A stretch of 55,607 nt of DNA, from the NCBI GenBank assembly GCA_051011575.1, contig JBPCTR010000248.1:1-55607 (forward strand), written 5' to 3'. This document shows, in pieces, positions 1 through 9,440 of the stretch; position 1 is the first letter of the stretch, and each line of letters starts with the position of its first letter. The position numbers and the translations under genes are program-made. This stretch comes from Acidimicrobiales bacterium (GTDB lineage Bacteria; Actinomycetota; Acidimicrobiia; Acidimicrobiales; SHLQ01). The notes under the pieces were generated by a model. The model did no database searches. It saw only the letters and a list, made by a program, of their open reading frames with translations, and was not told where the DNA came from.

Positions 1-177
1 ACAATCGCCCTCGCGCACGGGCTCAACCTGCGTGTGGTCGCGGAAGGTGTCGAGACCGAGGCGCAGCTCGATCAGCTCGTCCAGCTCGACTGTGACCTCG
101 TGCAGGGTTACCTCTTCTCGAAACCGATCGACCCCTCGGAGTTCAGTGGCTTCCTTGGGATGCGCTGGAGTACCTGA
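1..177 (+). CDS. 3' end of an EAL-domain (c-di-GMP phosphodiesterase-type) protein; the 5' part lies outside the window
   Basis: Frame 1 reads TIALAHGLNLRVVAEGVETEAQLDQLVQLDCDLVQGYLFSKPIDPSEF... and ends at TGA 175-177. The AEGVE..Q......D..QGYLFSKP block is the conserved C-terminal signature of EAL domains. Confidence 0.75.
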   Translation, partial: TIALAHGLNLRVVAEGVETEAQLDQLVQLDCDLVQGYLFSKPIDPSEFSGFLGMRWST

Positions 178-182
178 GCGAG

Positions 183-1778
183 TCAGCCCCGAATCTCGTC
201 GTCACGGCCCCACACCTCATCGTCGGCATCGGAGGCGAGCGCCTGCCCAGCTTCCTCGAAGAGATTCCTGGCAACATCGACGCCGGCCTCTCGAAGCTCG
301 TCGATCTGATCGGCATAGGTTGCGACAGCCGCGATTCGGGCATCGGGCAGGAACGCTCGAATCCGTTCGATGCACTGCAGGTTCGCCTGATGGTTGCTCG
401 TCGCTGCGATGACGAGTTCGACCTCGGGATGGAGACTCACGCGCTCCCAGAAGTCACGATCGAGTGAATCGCCCATGATCACCGTGCGCCCGGCGGCGAG
501 CTGGGCGACGACCTTGGCCTCGTCGCGATCGACACCGACGACCGGGCCGCGACCGCGTTCGGTCAACTCGTCGTAGGCGCCGACACCTACTCGGCCCATC
601 CCGAAGATCAGGACGCGGGCGGGACCGGTGTCGATGAGGGCGTCGTCGGCAAGGTGTGGCGTGCGCTCGAGCCGGGTGAGGAGTTCGAACCGGCGGTCGT
701 AGATGACGTAGCGCCGGCTGTTGATCGAAGACGTCACGATGAACGAGCCCGACACGGCGACTGCGAGGACGGAGAGCCATTCGGGGTCGACGAGTCCTTC
801 GGTGACTGCAGCCGCCACGACGATCAGCCCGAATTCGCTGTATGTCGACAAGGTGATCGACGTGTGGAGCGCGGTGCGGGAGCGGAGTCGGAAGCGGGTG
901 AGCAGAAGCAGGATCGTCGCGGACCGCGTAGGCACGAGAGCAACCAGGATCAACCCGATCAACCACGCGCCCCCGGTCGGCGTGCCCTCCAGACCGATCG
1001 AGACAAAGAACCCGACCAGGAACAGGTCCTTGAACGACAACAGACGCTCCGCCAGCTCCCCGGCTCGGGGATGACTGCTCAGCACAAACCCTGCGAGGAG
1101 GGCACCGAGGTCGGGCTTGATGTCGACGGCCTCGAAGAGCTCGCCCCCGACACCCAGTGCCATGACGAAACCGAACATGATGAGAAGCTCGCCGTGCCCG
1201 CTTCGTGCGAGGACCCAACCCAGGACGGGGGCGAGCCCCATGATCCCGACGATCACCCCCAACAACCACGGCGACGGCCAACCCGACGCTGTGAGGACGA
1301 CGAAGACAACAGCGATGACGTCCTGGATCACGAGAACACCGATGGCGATCCTGCCGGCGAGCGAGTCACCCTCGTTCGTTCGCTCGAGCGCCTTTACCGC
1401 AAACACGGTGCTCGAGAACGACAGCGCAAACGCGACGATGATCGAGGATCGGCCGTCGAGGTCCGCGGCCAGCGGCAGGCCGACGACGGTGGCGAGCCGC
1501 AGTATGAGCGCCGGGAACAACGTGGCGATGAGCGCGAAGACCCCAGCCGTTCCGAGAACCTCGCGGCGCAGCAGCGTGCGAGGCTTCAGCTTCAACCCGA
1601 TACCGAAGAGAAGGAGGAGGATGCCGATGTCGGCGACCGTGTCGATCGTCGGTGTCGATTCGTTGCCGAAGGCGTGGAGGGTGAACCCAGCGCCCAGATA
1701 CCCGACGAGCGGAGGCAACCGGAGCTGCGCGGCGATGAACCCGAATACGAATGCCACAACGAGCAACGCCAGATCCAT
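183..1778 (-). CDS. Kef-type cation:proton antiporter (CPA2-like membrane domain) with a C-terminal RCK/TrkA-N domain
   Basis: A multi-TM N-terminal region (MDLALLVVAFVFGFIAAQLRLPPLVGYLGAGF...) is followed by a Rossmann GxGxxG block (VLIFGMGRVGVGAYDEL). I moved the start to ATG 1776-1778 because the 73 upstream codons of the 604-aa ORF are Arg/Ser-rich and not membrane-like. Confidence 0.8.
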   Translation of the reverse strand: MDLALLVVAFVFGFIAAQLRLPPLVGYLGAGFTLHAFGNESTPTIDTVADIGILLLLFGIGLKLKPRTLLRREVLGTAGVFALIATLFPALILRLATVVGLPLAADLDGRSSIIVAFALSFSSTVFAVKALERTNEGDSLAGRIAIGVLVIQDVIAVVFVVLTASGWPSPWLLGVIVGIMGLAPVLGWVLARSGHGELLIMFGFVMALGVGGELFEAVDIKPDLGALLAGFVLSSHPRAGELAERLLSFKDLFLVGFFVSIGLEGTPTGGAWLIGLILVALVPTRSATILLLLTRFRLRSRTALHTSITLSTYSEFGLIVVAAAVTEGLVDPEWLSVLAVAVSGSFIVTSSINSRRYVIYDRRFELLTRLERTPHLADDALIDTGPARVLIFGMGRVGVGAYDELTERGRGPVVGVDRDEAKVVAQLAAGRTVIMGDSLDRDFWERVSLHPEVELVIAATSNHQANLQCIERIRAFLPDARIAAVATYADQIDELREAGVDVARNLFEEAGQALASDADDEVWGRDDEIRG

Positions 1779-1866
1779 GCGCGAGTATGCCCGAAGCACA
1801 GACGGGGAGACAGGGGTCACGGCCGAAAGGCCGTCATGAAGCTCCGGTCGTCGCCACACTGGACAC

Positions 1867-3522
1867 ATGTCGGAGCTCTCTCTCGAGGATGACCAGCCCC
1901 GAGACCTCGCTATCGCCGCGTTCAGCAACGAAGGCCCGTGGCTCGTACAACTCGACGAGGCTCGCTGGCGCGACCGGGTCACGACGATTCGCTCCACCGT
2001 CGCCCGTCAGGTCCCCGCGCTGATCCGACCGACGCGTGTCCCGTCAATCGGACGTCTCGTCGAGGTTGTCGCCAGGGTCGGCCGAGCGGTCGGCGGCTGG
2101 TGGTTGCTCGGTCGCCCGAAGGGAAAACCGGCCTCCACCGCGGATCTTTCCCGTCGCTTGCGAGAAGCTGCTGAACACCTCGGCCCCAGCTACATAAAGC
2201 TCGGTCAGATCATCTCCAGTGGGCGGGGCGTCTTTCCGGCCGAGTTGGTCGACGAGTTCACGAAATGCCGCGACCAGGTTCCGGCAGAACCGTTCGACGT
2301 TGTCCGAGCGGTGATCGAAGCGGATTTCGGTCGGCCACTGCACGAGGTGTTCTCGGAGTTCGACGAGAAACCACTCGCGGCTGCATCCATCGCACAGGTC
2401 CATCGGGCCGTGCTCGCTCCCGACACCCACCACGGTGGTGGCCGCGAGGTCGTGGTGAAGGTTCAGCGGCCAGCGGTCGCCGAGCTCGTACACAAGGATC
2501 TGCGCGTGATGGCGTGGCTGGCGCCTTTCCTCATCGGGCGGATTCCCGTCACGGCGCTCGCCAATCCGCCGGCACTGGTCGAGGTCTTCGCCGAGACGAT
2601 CACCGAAGAACTCGACTTCCGCCTCGAAGCGGAGAACATGCTCGACGTGGCGCGGTCGCTCCGTCAACTCGGGCAGACGGCGTACGTAATTCCGAGGCCG
2701 CACCCCGAACTCGTCACGAGGCGAGTACTCGTCATGGAGCGTCTCAGCGGATTCTCGTTCGATGACGTCGAAGGCATCACCGCGGCCGGTGTGAACACCC
2801 ACGAGATCGTGCGCACGTCGATGATTGGGTTCCTCGAGGGGGCCATGATCCACGGTGTCTTCCACGGTGACCTTCACGGCGGCAACCTGTTCGTGCAACC
2901 CGATGGCCGAACGGCGCTGTTCGACTTCGGTATCACCGGCCGCCTTAGTGAGTCGAAGCGCCAGGCGTTCCTGCGCCTGCTCATGACGGGAATGATGAGC
3001 GACGTTCGCGGCCAGCTGGCAGCGATCCGGGATCTCGGTGCGCTGCCTCCGGACACCGACCTCGATGTCGTGATCGCGGACCTCGGTCTGAATCAGGCGC
3101 CGCTCGATCCGACTTCGCTCAGCCCCGACCAGCTCATCGCGGAACTGCAGGGATTCGTCAAGCAGCTGCTCGGCTACGGGGCGAGGCTTCCCAAAGAGCT
3201 GATGCTGTTCGTCAAGAACATGATGTTCGTCGACGCGGCAATCGGAACCCTCGCCCCCGATCTCGACCTGTTCGGCGAGGTCACGCACATCGCCACCTAC
3301 TTTGCGAGCACACACGGTCAGCGAATCGCATCAGAGATCGGCGTAGCCGGCACCGAGATCGACGTCGACCTCACCTCGTTCAAGGACAGCCTCGGCGTCG
3401 ATCGCGAAATGGAGACGATCACCTACAACGATCTCCGGGCACGACGCGAGCTGATCCAGGAACGCATGCGGAACCGGGAGCGTCCCTCAGCGCTTCGGGC
3501 ACGGCGCCGCAGGCGGCAATGA
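1867..3522 (+). CDS. ABC1/UbiB-family atypical protein kinase
   Basis: [59 protein letters not shown] and [11 protein letters not shown]...[10 protein letters not shown] are the hallmark ABC1/UbiB motifs in the correct order. The exact start is not verified. Confidence 0.85.
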   Translation: MSELSLEDDQPRDLAIAAFSNEGPWLVQLDEARWRDRVTTIRSTVARQVPALIRPTRVPSIGRLVEVVARVGRAVGGWWLLGRPKGKPASTADLSRRLREAAEHLGPSYIKLGQIISSGRGVFPAELVDEFTKCRDQVPAEPFDVVRAVIEADFGRPLHEVFSEFDEKPLAAASIAQVHRAVLAPDTHHGGGREVVVKVQRPAVAELVHKDLRVMAWLAPFLIGRIPVTALANPPALVEVFAETITEELDFRLEAENMLDVARSLRQLGQTAYVIPRPHPELVTRRVLVMERLSGFSFDDVEGITAAGVNTHEIVRTSMIGFLEGAMIHGVFHGDLHGGNLFVQPDGRTALFDFGITGRLSESKRQAFLRLLMTGMMSDVRGQLAAIRDLGALPPDTDLDVVIADLGLNQAPLDPTSLSPDQLIAELQGFVKQLLGYGARLPKELMLFVKNMMFVDAAIGTLAPDLDLFGEVTHIATYFASTHGQRIASEIGVAGTEIDVDLTSFKDSLGVDREMETITYNDLRARRELIQERMRNRERPSALRARRRRRQ

Positions 3523-3571
3523 ACCGAATGCCGAATTCCGGTTCGCCCCAACACTTCCTACACTCGGGTCA

Positions 3572-4231
3572 GTGCGCCTCGTTGTAGCCAACTGCACCGT
3601 CGACTACGACGGACGCCTAACCGCCCACCTACCCGCTGCCACCCGGCTCATCATGGTGAAGGCCGACGGCTGTGTGGCCATCCACGCCGATGGTGGCGCC
3701 TACAAACCCCTCAACTGGATGAACGCGCCCAACCGGCTCGTCGAAGACGGTTCCGAGTGGCGGGTGACGAGTCCGAAGGGCGAAACGCTGCTCATCACGA
3801 TTCATGAGGTTTTCTCGGACACCGCCTGGGATCTGGGCATCGATCCGGGGCTGCAGAAGGATGGTGTGGAGTCGCATCTTCAGGAGCTTCTCGCCGCGGA
3901 CCCGACATCGATCGAGGACGGTTTCCGCCTCGTGCGTCGTGAATACCCGACCGAGATCGGTCCGGTCGACCTGTTGTGCCGTGACGATGAAGATTCAGTG
4001 ATCGCTATCGAGGTGAAGCGCCGGGGCGAGATCGACGGCGTCGAGCAGCTGAGCCGCTACCTCGAGTTCCTCAATCAGGATCCCGTCCTGTCGCCCGTGC
4101 GCGGAGTCTTCGTGGCGCAGGAGATCAAGCCGCAGGCCCGGGTGCTCGCGACCGAGCGGAAAATCCGATGTGTCGAGGTCGACTACGACGAGCTGCGCGG
4201 GATCGAGTCTCCGCAATTGCGACTTCTCTGA
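3572..4231 (+). CDS. nucS: Endonuclease NucS (EndoMS, non-canonical mismatch repair nuclease)
   Basis: The 219-aa product starts [50 protein letters not shown] and has a C-terminal PD-(D/E)xK-like block ([22 protein letters not shown]). Sequence and length are typical of actinobacterial NucS. GTG start. Confidence 0.9.
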   Translation: MRLVVANCTVDYDGRLTAHLPAATRLIMVKADGCVAIHADGGAYKPLNWMNAPNRLVEDGSEWRVTSPKGETLLITIHEVFSDTAWDLGIDPGLQKDGVESHLQELLAADPTSIEDGFRLVRREYPTEIGPVDLLCRDDEDSVIAIEVKRRGEIDGVEQLSRYLEFLNQDPVLSPVRGVFVAQEIKPQARVLATERKIRCVEVDYDELRGIESPQLRLL

Positions 4232-5949
4232 TGTTTCGCTCCTTGCGTTCGATCCGTTCGATCGCATCGCTGTTCGTAGTCGCACTCGCACTGTCGGGAT
4301 GTGGCCTGTTCGGCGATGACGACGCCGATGCGACAGCCCCTTCCGAGGAAACGGCGACCGAAGCACCGGTTCGGGTTCGCTTCGGGGACCGGTGGTTCGA
4401 GATCGTCGCCGACGACCTCGAGTTCGGCGCCGATGGGCAGCCCACGTCGACAACCATCGACGTGCTGCTCGGACGCGTCGCCAGCCTCGGCGTGGAAGCC
4501 ATGCCTCCCACCGACCCCGATGTCGAGTTCGACGGAAGCCAATTCGTGGCCGTCGAATCCGTTCCAGGCCAAACCGTCGATGCGGTGGCACTCGCAGTCG
4601 CAATTCGCGACGCTGCAGGCGGCGACGAAGTGCTCGTTCCCTTCCTCGCGGTGCCAAGCGGTGTTGATCCCGGCGAATCGGTCGACTTCGTCGCCGAGGT
4701 CAACCGCCGCATCGATGATGGCCTGGTGTTGGCGGTCGCAGGCGAGACAGCCACCCTTTCCGCATCAGCGATCGGAGATGCGACCACGGCACAGCGCACC
4801 GAGGCTGGCTGGGAACTCGACGTTCGCTGGCGAGACATCGAAGACGCGGTGAGCGAACTCTTTCCGAACCTGGGTGCCGAAGGCGGCGAAGCCACGTTCA
4901 CGGTGCAGGAGTCGGAGGTCGATGGCGAGCCCGACGTTCCCGTGATCGTGCCGGGTGCTCCCGCCACCGTGTGTTGCGACCGCACCTCGGAACGGCGGAT
5001 CGAACAGGCCCTCAACAGCGACATCGCCGTCGCTGCCCTCTTCCTCGGTCAGGCCGAGAGCGAACGCGGCAAAGAGTGGGCCGAGGAGCTCGGAGTCGTC
5101 GAGCTCGTCGGCTCGTTCTCCACCAGTTACACGCCCGGACAGAACCGGGTGACCAACATCCGCCGAATCGCCGAACTCACCCAGGGGGTGATCATCGAGC
5201 CCGGCGACACATTCTCACTCAACGAGTTCGTCGGCCGGCGAACCACCGAAAACGGTTTCGTTCCCGCGGGCACGATCGTGAACGGCCACCTCGTCGACAG
5301 CGTGGGCGGTGGTATCAGCCAGTTCGCCACCACGATCTTCAATGCGTCGTTCTTCGCCGGACTCGAATTCGAGGAGTATCAGAGTCACTCGATCTACTTC
5401 AGCCGGTATCCGTATGGCCGGGAAGCCACGATCTCCTTTCCCCGACCGCACCTCGAGATCCACAACCCCACTCCATACGGAATCCTCGTGTGGCCCACGA
5501 GTACGTCGAGTTCGGTGACCGTCGATCTCTACTCGACCAAATGGGTCGACGTGGAGCAGACAGGCCAATGGCAGACGCCAATCCAGGCGGCGTGCACGCG
5601 AGTGACCACCGAACGAACCCGCACGCTCGTCGAGGACGGAACCGAAATGGTGGACACGGTCTTCGCCACCTACAGACCCGAGGGCATAGCCTGCGACGGC
5701 ACGGAGACCCAGAATCCGAACGAAGAACAGCTCGAAAAGCTGGAGAATGGCGAGGATCCGGATTTCGAGGACGGCACAACCACGACGACAACCACAACGA
5801 TTCCTGACGCCACCACGACCACGACCTCGGTCGCTCCGACGACCACGACGACGTCGACGACCACCACCACCACGACGACGTCGAGCACCACGACGTCCAG
5901 CAGCACCACATCGAGCACCACCACGACCACCGAGGATCCGGGCGCCTGA
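4231..5949 (+). CDS. VanW-domain lipoprotein with a Thr/Ser-rich C-terminal tail
   Basis: The start [24 protein letters not shown] carries a lipobox LSGC, and ATG 4231 shares one nt with the nucS stop (TGATG). The VanW core is present: IIEPGDTFSLNEFVGRRTTENGFVPAG..GGGISQFATTIFNASFFAGLE..SHS.YFSRYP.GREATI. The tail is almost pure Thr/Ser. Confidence 0.8.
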   Translation: MFRSLRSIRSIASLFVVALALSGCGLFGDDDADATAPSEETATEAPVRVRFGDRWFEIVADDLEFGADGQPTSTTIDVLLGRVASLGVEAMPPTDPDVEFDGSQFVAVESVPGQTVDAVALAVAIRDAAGGDEVLVPFLAVPSGVDPGESVDFVAEVNRRIDDGLVLAVAGETATLSASAIGDATTAQRTEAGWELDVRWRDIEDAVSELFPNLGAEGGEATFTVQESEVDGEPDVPVIVPGAPATVCCDRTSERRIEQALNSDIAVAALFLGQAESERGKEWAEELGVVELVGSFSTSYTPGQNRVTNIRRIAELTQGVIIEPGDTFSLNEFVGRRTTENGFVPAGTIVNGHLVDSVGGGISQFATTIFNASFFAGLEFEEYQSHSIYFSRYPYGREATISFPRPHLEIHNPTPYGILVWPTSTSSSVTVDLYSTKWVDVEQTGQWQTPIQAACTRVTTERTRTLVEDGTEMVDTVFATYRPEGIACDGTETQNPNEEQLEKLENGEDPDFEDGTTTTTTTTIPDATTTTTSVAPTTTTTSTTTTTTTTSSTTTSSSTTSSTTTTTEDPGA

Positions 5950-5960
5950 GCCCTCGACCG

Positions 5961-7205
5961 ATGATCTCGATCGAGACGGTGGTCGTCGGAGCAGGGCCGG
6001 CAGGGGCGAGTGCCGCCCATGTGCTCGCGACGGCCGGCCGTGAGGTTGCGCTCGTCGACAAAGCGTCGTTCCCCCGCGACAAGTTCTGCGGCGACGGACT
6101 GACCACGCTGGCGCTACGCGAACTCGACGAGTTGGGCTTCGATCCATCGACCGTGAGCTCCTGGACGCCGATCGACGGCGCAATCATCCGGTCTCCCAAG
6201 GGTCGCGTACACGAGCTTGGGTTGCCGTCGGGCCGCGGGCAGTACGCGGCGATTGCCCGGCGTTCCGACCTCGACGCCGCTCTGGTCGATCACGCTCGCG
6301 CTGCGGGTGCGTTGGTTCGGTTCGGCAACGGCGTTGTGTCGATGGACCCGTCCTCCAGGGATCAGCACGTCGAGCTGACGCTGGCCGACGGCGAGGTGAT
6401 TCGCGCACGCCAGTGCATCGCTGCCGACGGAATGTGGTCACCGATCCGCAAGATGCAGGGACTGGACATGCCCGGCTACCGGGGCGAATGGCACGCGTTC
6501 AGACAATATTTTGAGAACGTGGGACCGAACGCGGCTTCGGAACTGTGGGTCTGGTTCGAACCCGACATCCTGCCCGGCTACTTCTGGTCCTTCCCGATCG
6601 GCGACGGGCGTGCGAACGTCGGCTTCGGAATTCTGCGCGGCGGGCGGCTCAGTACTCAGGACATGAAACGGTTGTGGCCGAATCTCCTCGCCCGCGACCA
6701 CATTCGTGACATTCTCGGCGCCGACGCGAAACCTGAATCTCCACATCGCGCCTGGCCCATCCCCGCTCGTATCGACAAGGCTCCGCTATCGGGCGAGTTC
6801 ACGCTCTTCGCTGGCGACGCCGCGGCGGCGTGCGATCCGCTCACCGGCGAGGGAATCGGGCAGGCACTGCTCACCGGTCGGCTCGCCGCGCAGGCTGTGA
6901 TCGACAGGGCCGGCGTCGACGACGGCTCATTCGAAGCGGTGGAACGGCAATATGTCGCCGAGGTTCAGAGCGAGCTTCTGGCCGACCACCGGATGGCGGT
7001 TGCATTGGGCAAACTTCTCGAGTCTCCTCGGGTCGCCGAGTTCGCGTTGAAAGCGGTGGGGGCCAACCCGTGGACGCGCCGGAACTTCGGCCGCTGGATG
7101 TTCGAGGACTACCCGCGTGCGTTGGTGGCCACACCTCGACGCTGGCATCGGGGAGCGCTGACCAAACCGGGCGCGTTCGCCGCCGATTCGGCCGCAGCCG
7201 ACTGA
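5961..7205 (+). CDS. FAD-dependent oxidoreductase, geranylgeranyl reductase family
   Basis: N-terminal dinucleotide fold VVVGAGPAGASAAHVLATAGREVALVDKASFPRDKFCGDGLT, and the downstream FAGDAAAACDPLTGEGIGQAL motif typical of this family. Confidence 0.8.
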   Translation: MISIETVVVGAGPAGASAAHVLATAGREVALVDKASFPRDKFCGDGLTTLALRELDELGFDPSTVSSWTPIDGAIIRSPKGRVHELGLPSGRGQYAAIARRSDLDAALVDHARAAGALVRFGNGVVSMDPSSRDQHVELTLADGEVIRARQCIAADGMWSPIRKMQGLDMPGYRGEWHAFRQYFENVGPNAASELWVWFEPDILPGYFWSFPIGDGRANVGFGILRGGRLSTQDMKRLWPNLLARDHIRDILGADAKPESPHRAWPIPARIDKAPLSGEFTLFAGDAAAACDPLTGEGIGQALLTGRLAAQAVIDRAGVDDGSFEAVERQYVAEVQSELLADHRMAVALGKLLESPRVAEFALKAVGANPWTRRNFGRWMFEDYPRALVATPRRWHRGALTKPGAFAADSAAAD

Positions 7206-7209
7206 ACCG

Positions 7210-9060
7210 TCAGGCTGTCGCCTCGGCCGCCTCGCGTGACGCCTTCAGACGCTTGAGTTCGCGTGCCCGGATACCGGCATCGAGGTTGACCTTGCGAAGG
7301 CGCACATATCCGGGGGTGACTTCGACACATTCGTCGTCAGCGATGGTTTCGAGCGCACCTTCGAGCGAGAGGATTCGCGGTGGAGTGAGGCGGATGGTGT
7401 CGTCGGAGCTCTGTGTGCGGATGTTGTTGAGCTTCTTCTCGCGGCAGATGTTCACGTCCATGTCCTCGGAGCGTGGGTTCTCGCCCACGATCATGCCCTC
7501 GTACACCTCGACGCCGGGGCCGACGTAGAGCGCGGTGCGCTCCTGGAGCTGCTCGATGGCGTGAGTAGTGGTCGAGCCGGTGCGGTCGGCCACGATCGAG
7601 CCCGTGATGCGGGTGCGGATCTCGCCGACCCAGGGCGTCCAGCCTTCGAAGACGTGGTTGGCGAGCCCGGTTCCACGGGTCTCGGTCAGGAACATCGTGC
7701 GGAATCCGATGAGCGCGCGGGCGGGAACGACGTACTCGAGCCGCACCCATCCGTCGCCGTGGTTGGCCATGTTTTCCATCTTCGCCTTGCGCTCGCCAAG
7801 CATCTGGGTGACGCCGCCCACGTGCCCCTCGGGAACGTCGATGGTGAGCCGTTCGGTTGGCTCGTGGAGCGTGTTGTCGATCTCTTTGGTGAGCACGGCC
7901 GGCTTACCCACGGTGAGTTCGAAGCCTTCGCGGCGCATCGTCTCGACCAGTACCGCCAGCTGCAGTTCGCCACGACCCTGGACCTCCCACGTATCGGGCC
8001 GATCGGTGTCGATCACTCGGATCGACACGTTGCCCACGAGTTCCTTGTCGAGGCGGGCCTTGATGAGGCGGGCAGTGAGTTTCTTGCCATCGACGCCGGC
8101 GAGCGGTGAGCTGTTCGTGCCGATCGTCATCGAGAGCGTGGGCTCGTCGACGGTGATGACCGGCAGTGGCCGCGGGTCGTTCAGGTCGGCAAGGGTTTCA
8201 CCGATCATGACGTCTTCGATGCCCGAGATCTGGACGATCTCACCCGGGCCGGCCTCGTCGACCTCGATGTTGCTGATGCCGTCAGTGACCGTGAGGGTGG
8301 CGACTTTCGCCTGACCGATCGAGCCATCGGTTTTGCACCACGAGACCTGCTGGCCCTTGCGGATCGTGCCCTGCATGACGCGACAGATGGCGAGACGCCC
8401 GAGATACGGCGACGCGTCGAGGTTGGTGACCCAAACCTGAGTGGGGTGATCTTCTTCGTAGCTGACGGGCGGAATGGCCTCGATCAGGGTTTCGAAGAGC
8501 GGCGTCATGTCCGTGCCCTGTTCGTCGAGGTCGAGCTGGGCGTACCCGAGGCGGGCCGCCGTGTAGACGATGGGGAAGTCGATCTGGTCTTCGTTGGCGC
8601 CGATGTCGATGAACAGGTCGTAGACCTCATCGACCACCTCTGAGATTCGGGCATCGGGGCGGTCGATCTTGTTGATCACGAGCACGACCGGTAGACCGAG
8701 ATGCATTGCCTTGCCGAGCACGAACCGGGTTTGCGGCAGCGGACCTTCGCTCGAATCGACGAGAAGCACAACCCCGTCGACCATGGTGAGTGCTCGTTCG
8801 ACCTCGCCGCCAAAGTCGGCGTGACCGGGCGTGTCGACGATGTTGATCTTCGTGTCGCCCCACGTGACGGCCGCATTGTTGGCGAGGATGGTGATGCCTT
8901 TCTCCTTCTCGAGATCGGTGTTGTCCATCACCCGTTCGACGACTTCGCCGTGGTCGCTGAACACCCCTGCATCCTTCAGGAGGGCGTCGACCAGGGTGGT
9001 CTTGCCGTGATCGACGTGGGCGATCATGGCGATGTTGCGAAGGTCTTCTCGGCGTTGCAC
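7210..9060 (-). CDS. typA: Translational GTPase TypA/BipA
   Basis: G-domain [34 protein letters not shown] and NKIDR, followed by EF-G-like domains and the BipA C-terminal domain. I chose the start GTG 9058-9060 ([22 protein letters not shown]) because BipA proteins have very short N-termini; the 30 further codons up to ATG 9150 are Cys/Arg-rich. Confidence 0.9.
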   Translation of the reverse strand: MQRREDLRNIAMIAHVDHGKTTLVDALLKDAGVFSDHGEVVERVMDNTDLEKEKGITILANNAAVTWGDTKINIVDTPGHADFGGEVERALTMVDGVVLLVDSSEGPLPQTRFVLGKAMHLGLPVVLVINKIDRPDARISEVVDEVYDLFIDIGANEDQIDFPIVYTAARLGYAQLDLDEQGTDMTPLFETLIEAIPPVSYEEDHPTQVWVTNLDASPYLGRLAICRVMQGTIRKGQQVSWCKTDGSIGQAKVATLTVTDGISNIEVDEAGPGEIVQISGIEDVMIGETLADLNDPRPLPVITVDEPTLSMTIGTNSSPLAGVDGKKLTARLIKARLDKELVGNVSIRVIDTDRPDTWEVQGRGELQLAVLVETMRREGFELTVGKPAVLTKEIDNTLHEPTERLTIDVPEGHVGGVTQMLGERKAKMENMANHGDGWVRLEYVVPARALIGFRTMFLTETRGTGLANHVFEGWTPWVGEIRTRITGSIVADRTGSTTTHAIEQLQERTALYVGPGVEVYEGMIVGENPRSEDMDVNICREKKLNNIRTQSSDDTIRLTPPRILSLEGALETIADDECVEVTPGYVRLRKVNLDAGIRARELKRLKASREAAEATA

Positions 9061-9215
9061 CCCAAAACGGTAACGGTGTGCTCTCTCCGCGCCTCGGACC
9101 CCGCCATGTTTCACACGACAACATGTCGGCTTCCGCCGACATCCGGCCAAGCCGACATGGTCGCTCCGCGATGCTTCGCTCTCCGCAGGGACCGAGGAGG
9201 AGCTGCGCGGACCCT

Positions 9216-9279
9216 GGGGTCAGACCCCTTCACCGCGAAGGTGCTCTGACCCCTTTTTGGGAAAAGGGGTCAGACCCCC
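9216..9279. repeat. Palindromic intergenic element, copy 1: GGGGTCAGACCCC core plus a perfect 13-bp-stem hairpin
   Basis: The hairpin is TCTGACCCCTTTT (9245-9257), loop TGGG, then AAAAGGGGTCAGA (9262-9274). An upstream GGGGTCAGACCCCTT (9216-9230) can pair alternatively with 9245-9253. The element recurs at 27023-27058. Confidence 0.6.
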
Positions 9280-9440
9280 TTGTGCGGAGACCCGGTTTTC
9301 GTTGAGGAATCAACGAATGGGCGATTGGTCAAGTGTTGCGGTTGGGTGACGAAAGCGGATGTCGGGAACCTGGCGGCCGATGTGAGCGTCAAGAGCGCAC
9401 ATGCACCGGTCGCGCGGGCCGGGTCGAGAGGGCTGACGAC

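Noticed and set aside
357-370. TCGAATCCGTTCGA considered as a third LexA box
   Set aside because: The half-sites are separated by the wrong spacing (a 12-nt core instead of 14), and the site lies inside the Kef-type coding region.
454-1892. ORFs 454-1281 (-) and 654-1892 (+, 412 aa) overlapping the Kef-type gene
   Set aside because: These are alternate or antisense frames of a gene with unmistakable membrane-transporter sequence. Their translations are Arg/Pro/Asp-rich.
4248-4275. Direct repeat GCGTTCGATCCGTTCGATCGC near the nucS/VanW junction
   Set aside because: It simply encodes the LRSIRSIAS n-region of the VanW lipoprotein signal peptide. I found no evidence of a regulatory role.
9061-9150. 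N-terminal extension of typA up to ATG 9150 (646-aa version)
   Set aside because: The extra 30 residues (MAGCRRKPTCCRVKHGGVRGAERAHRYRFG) are Cys/Arg-rich, unlike BipA N-termini, which begin a few residues before the G1 motif. GTG 9060 is preferred, though the longer form is not strictly excluded.
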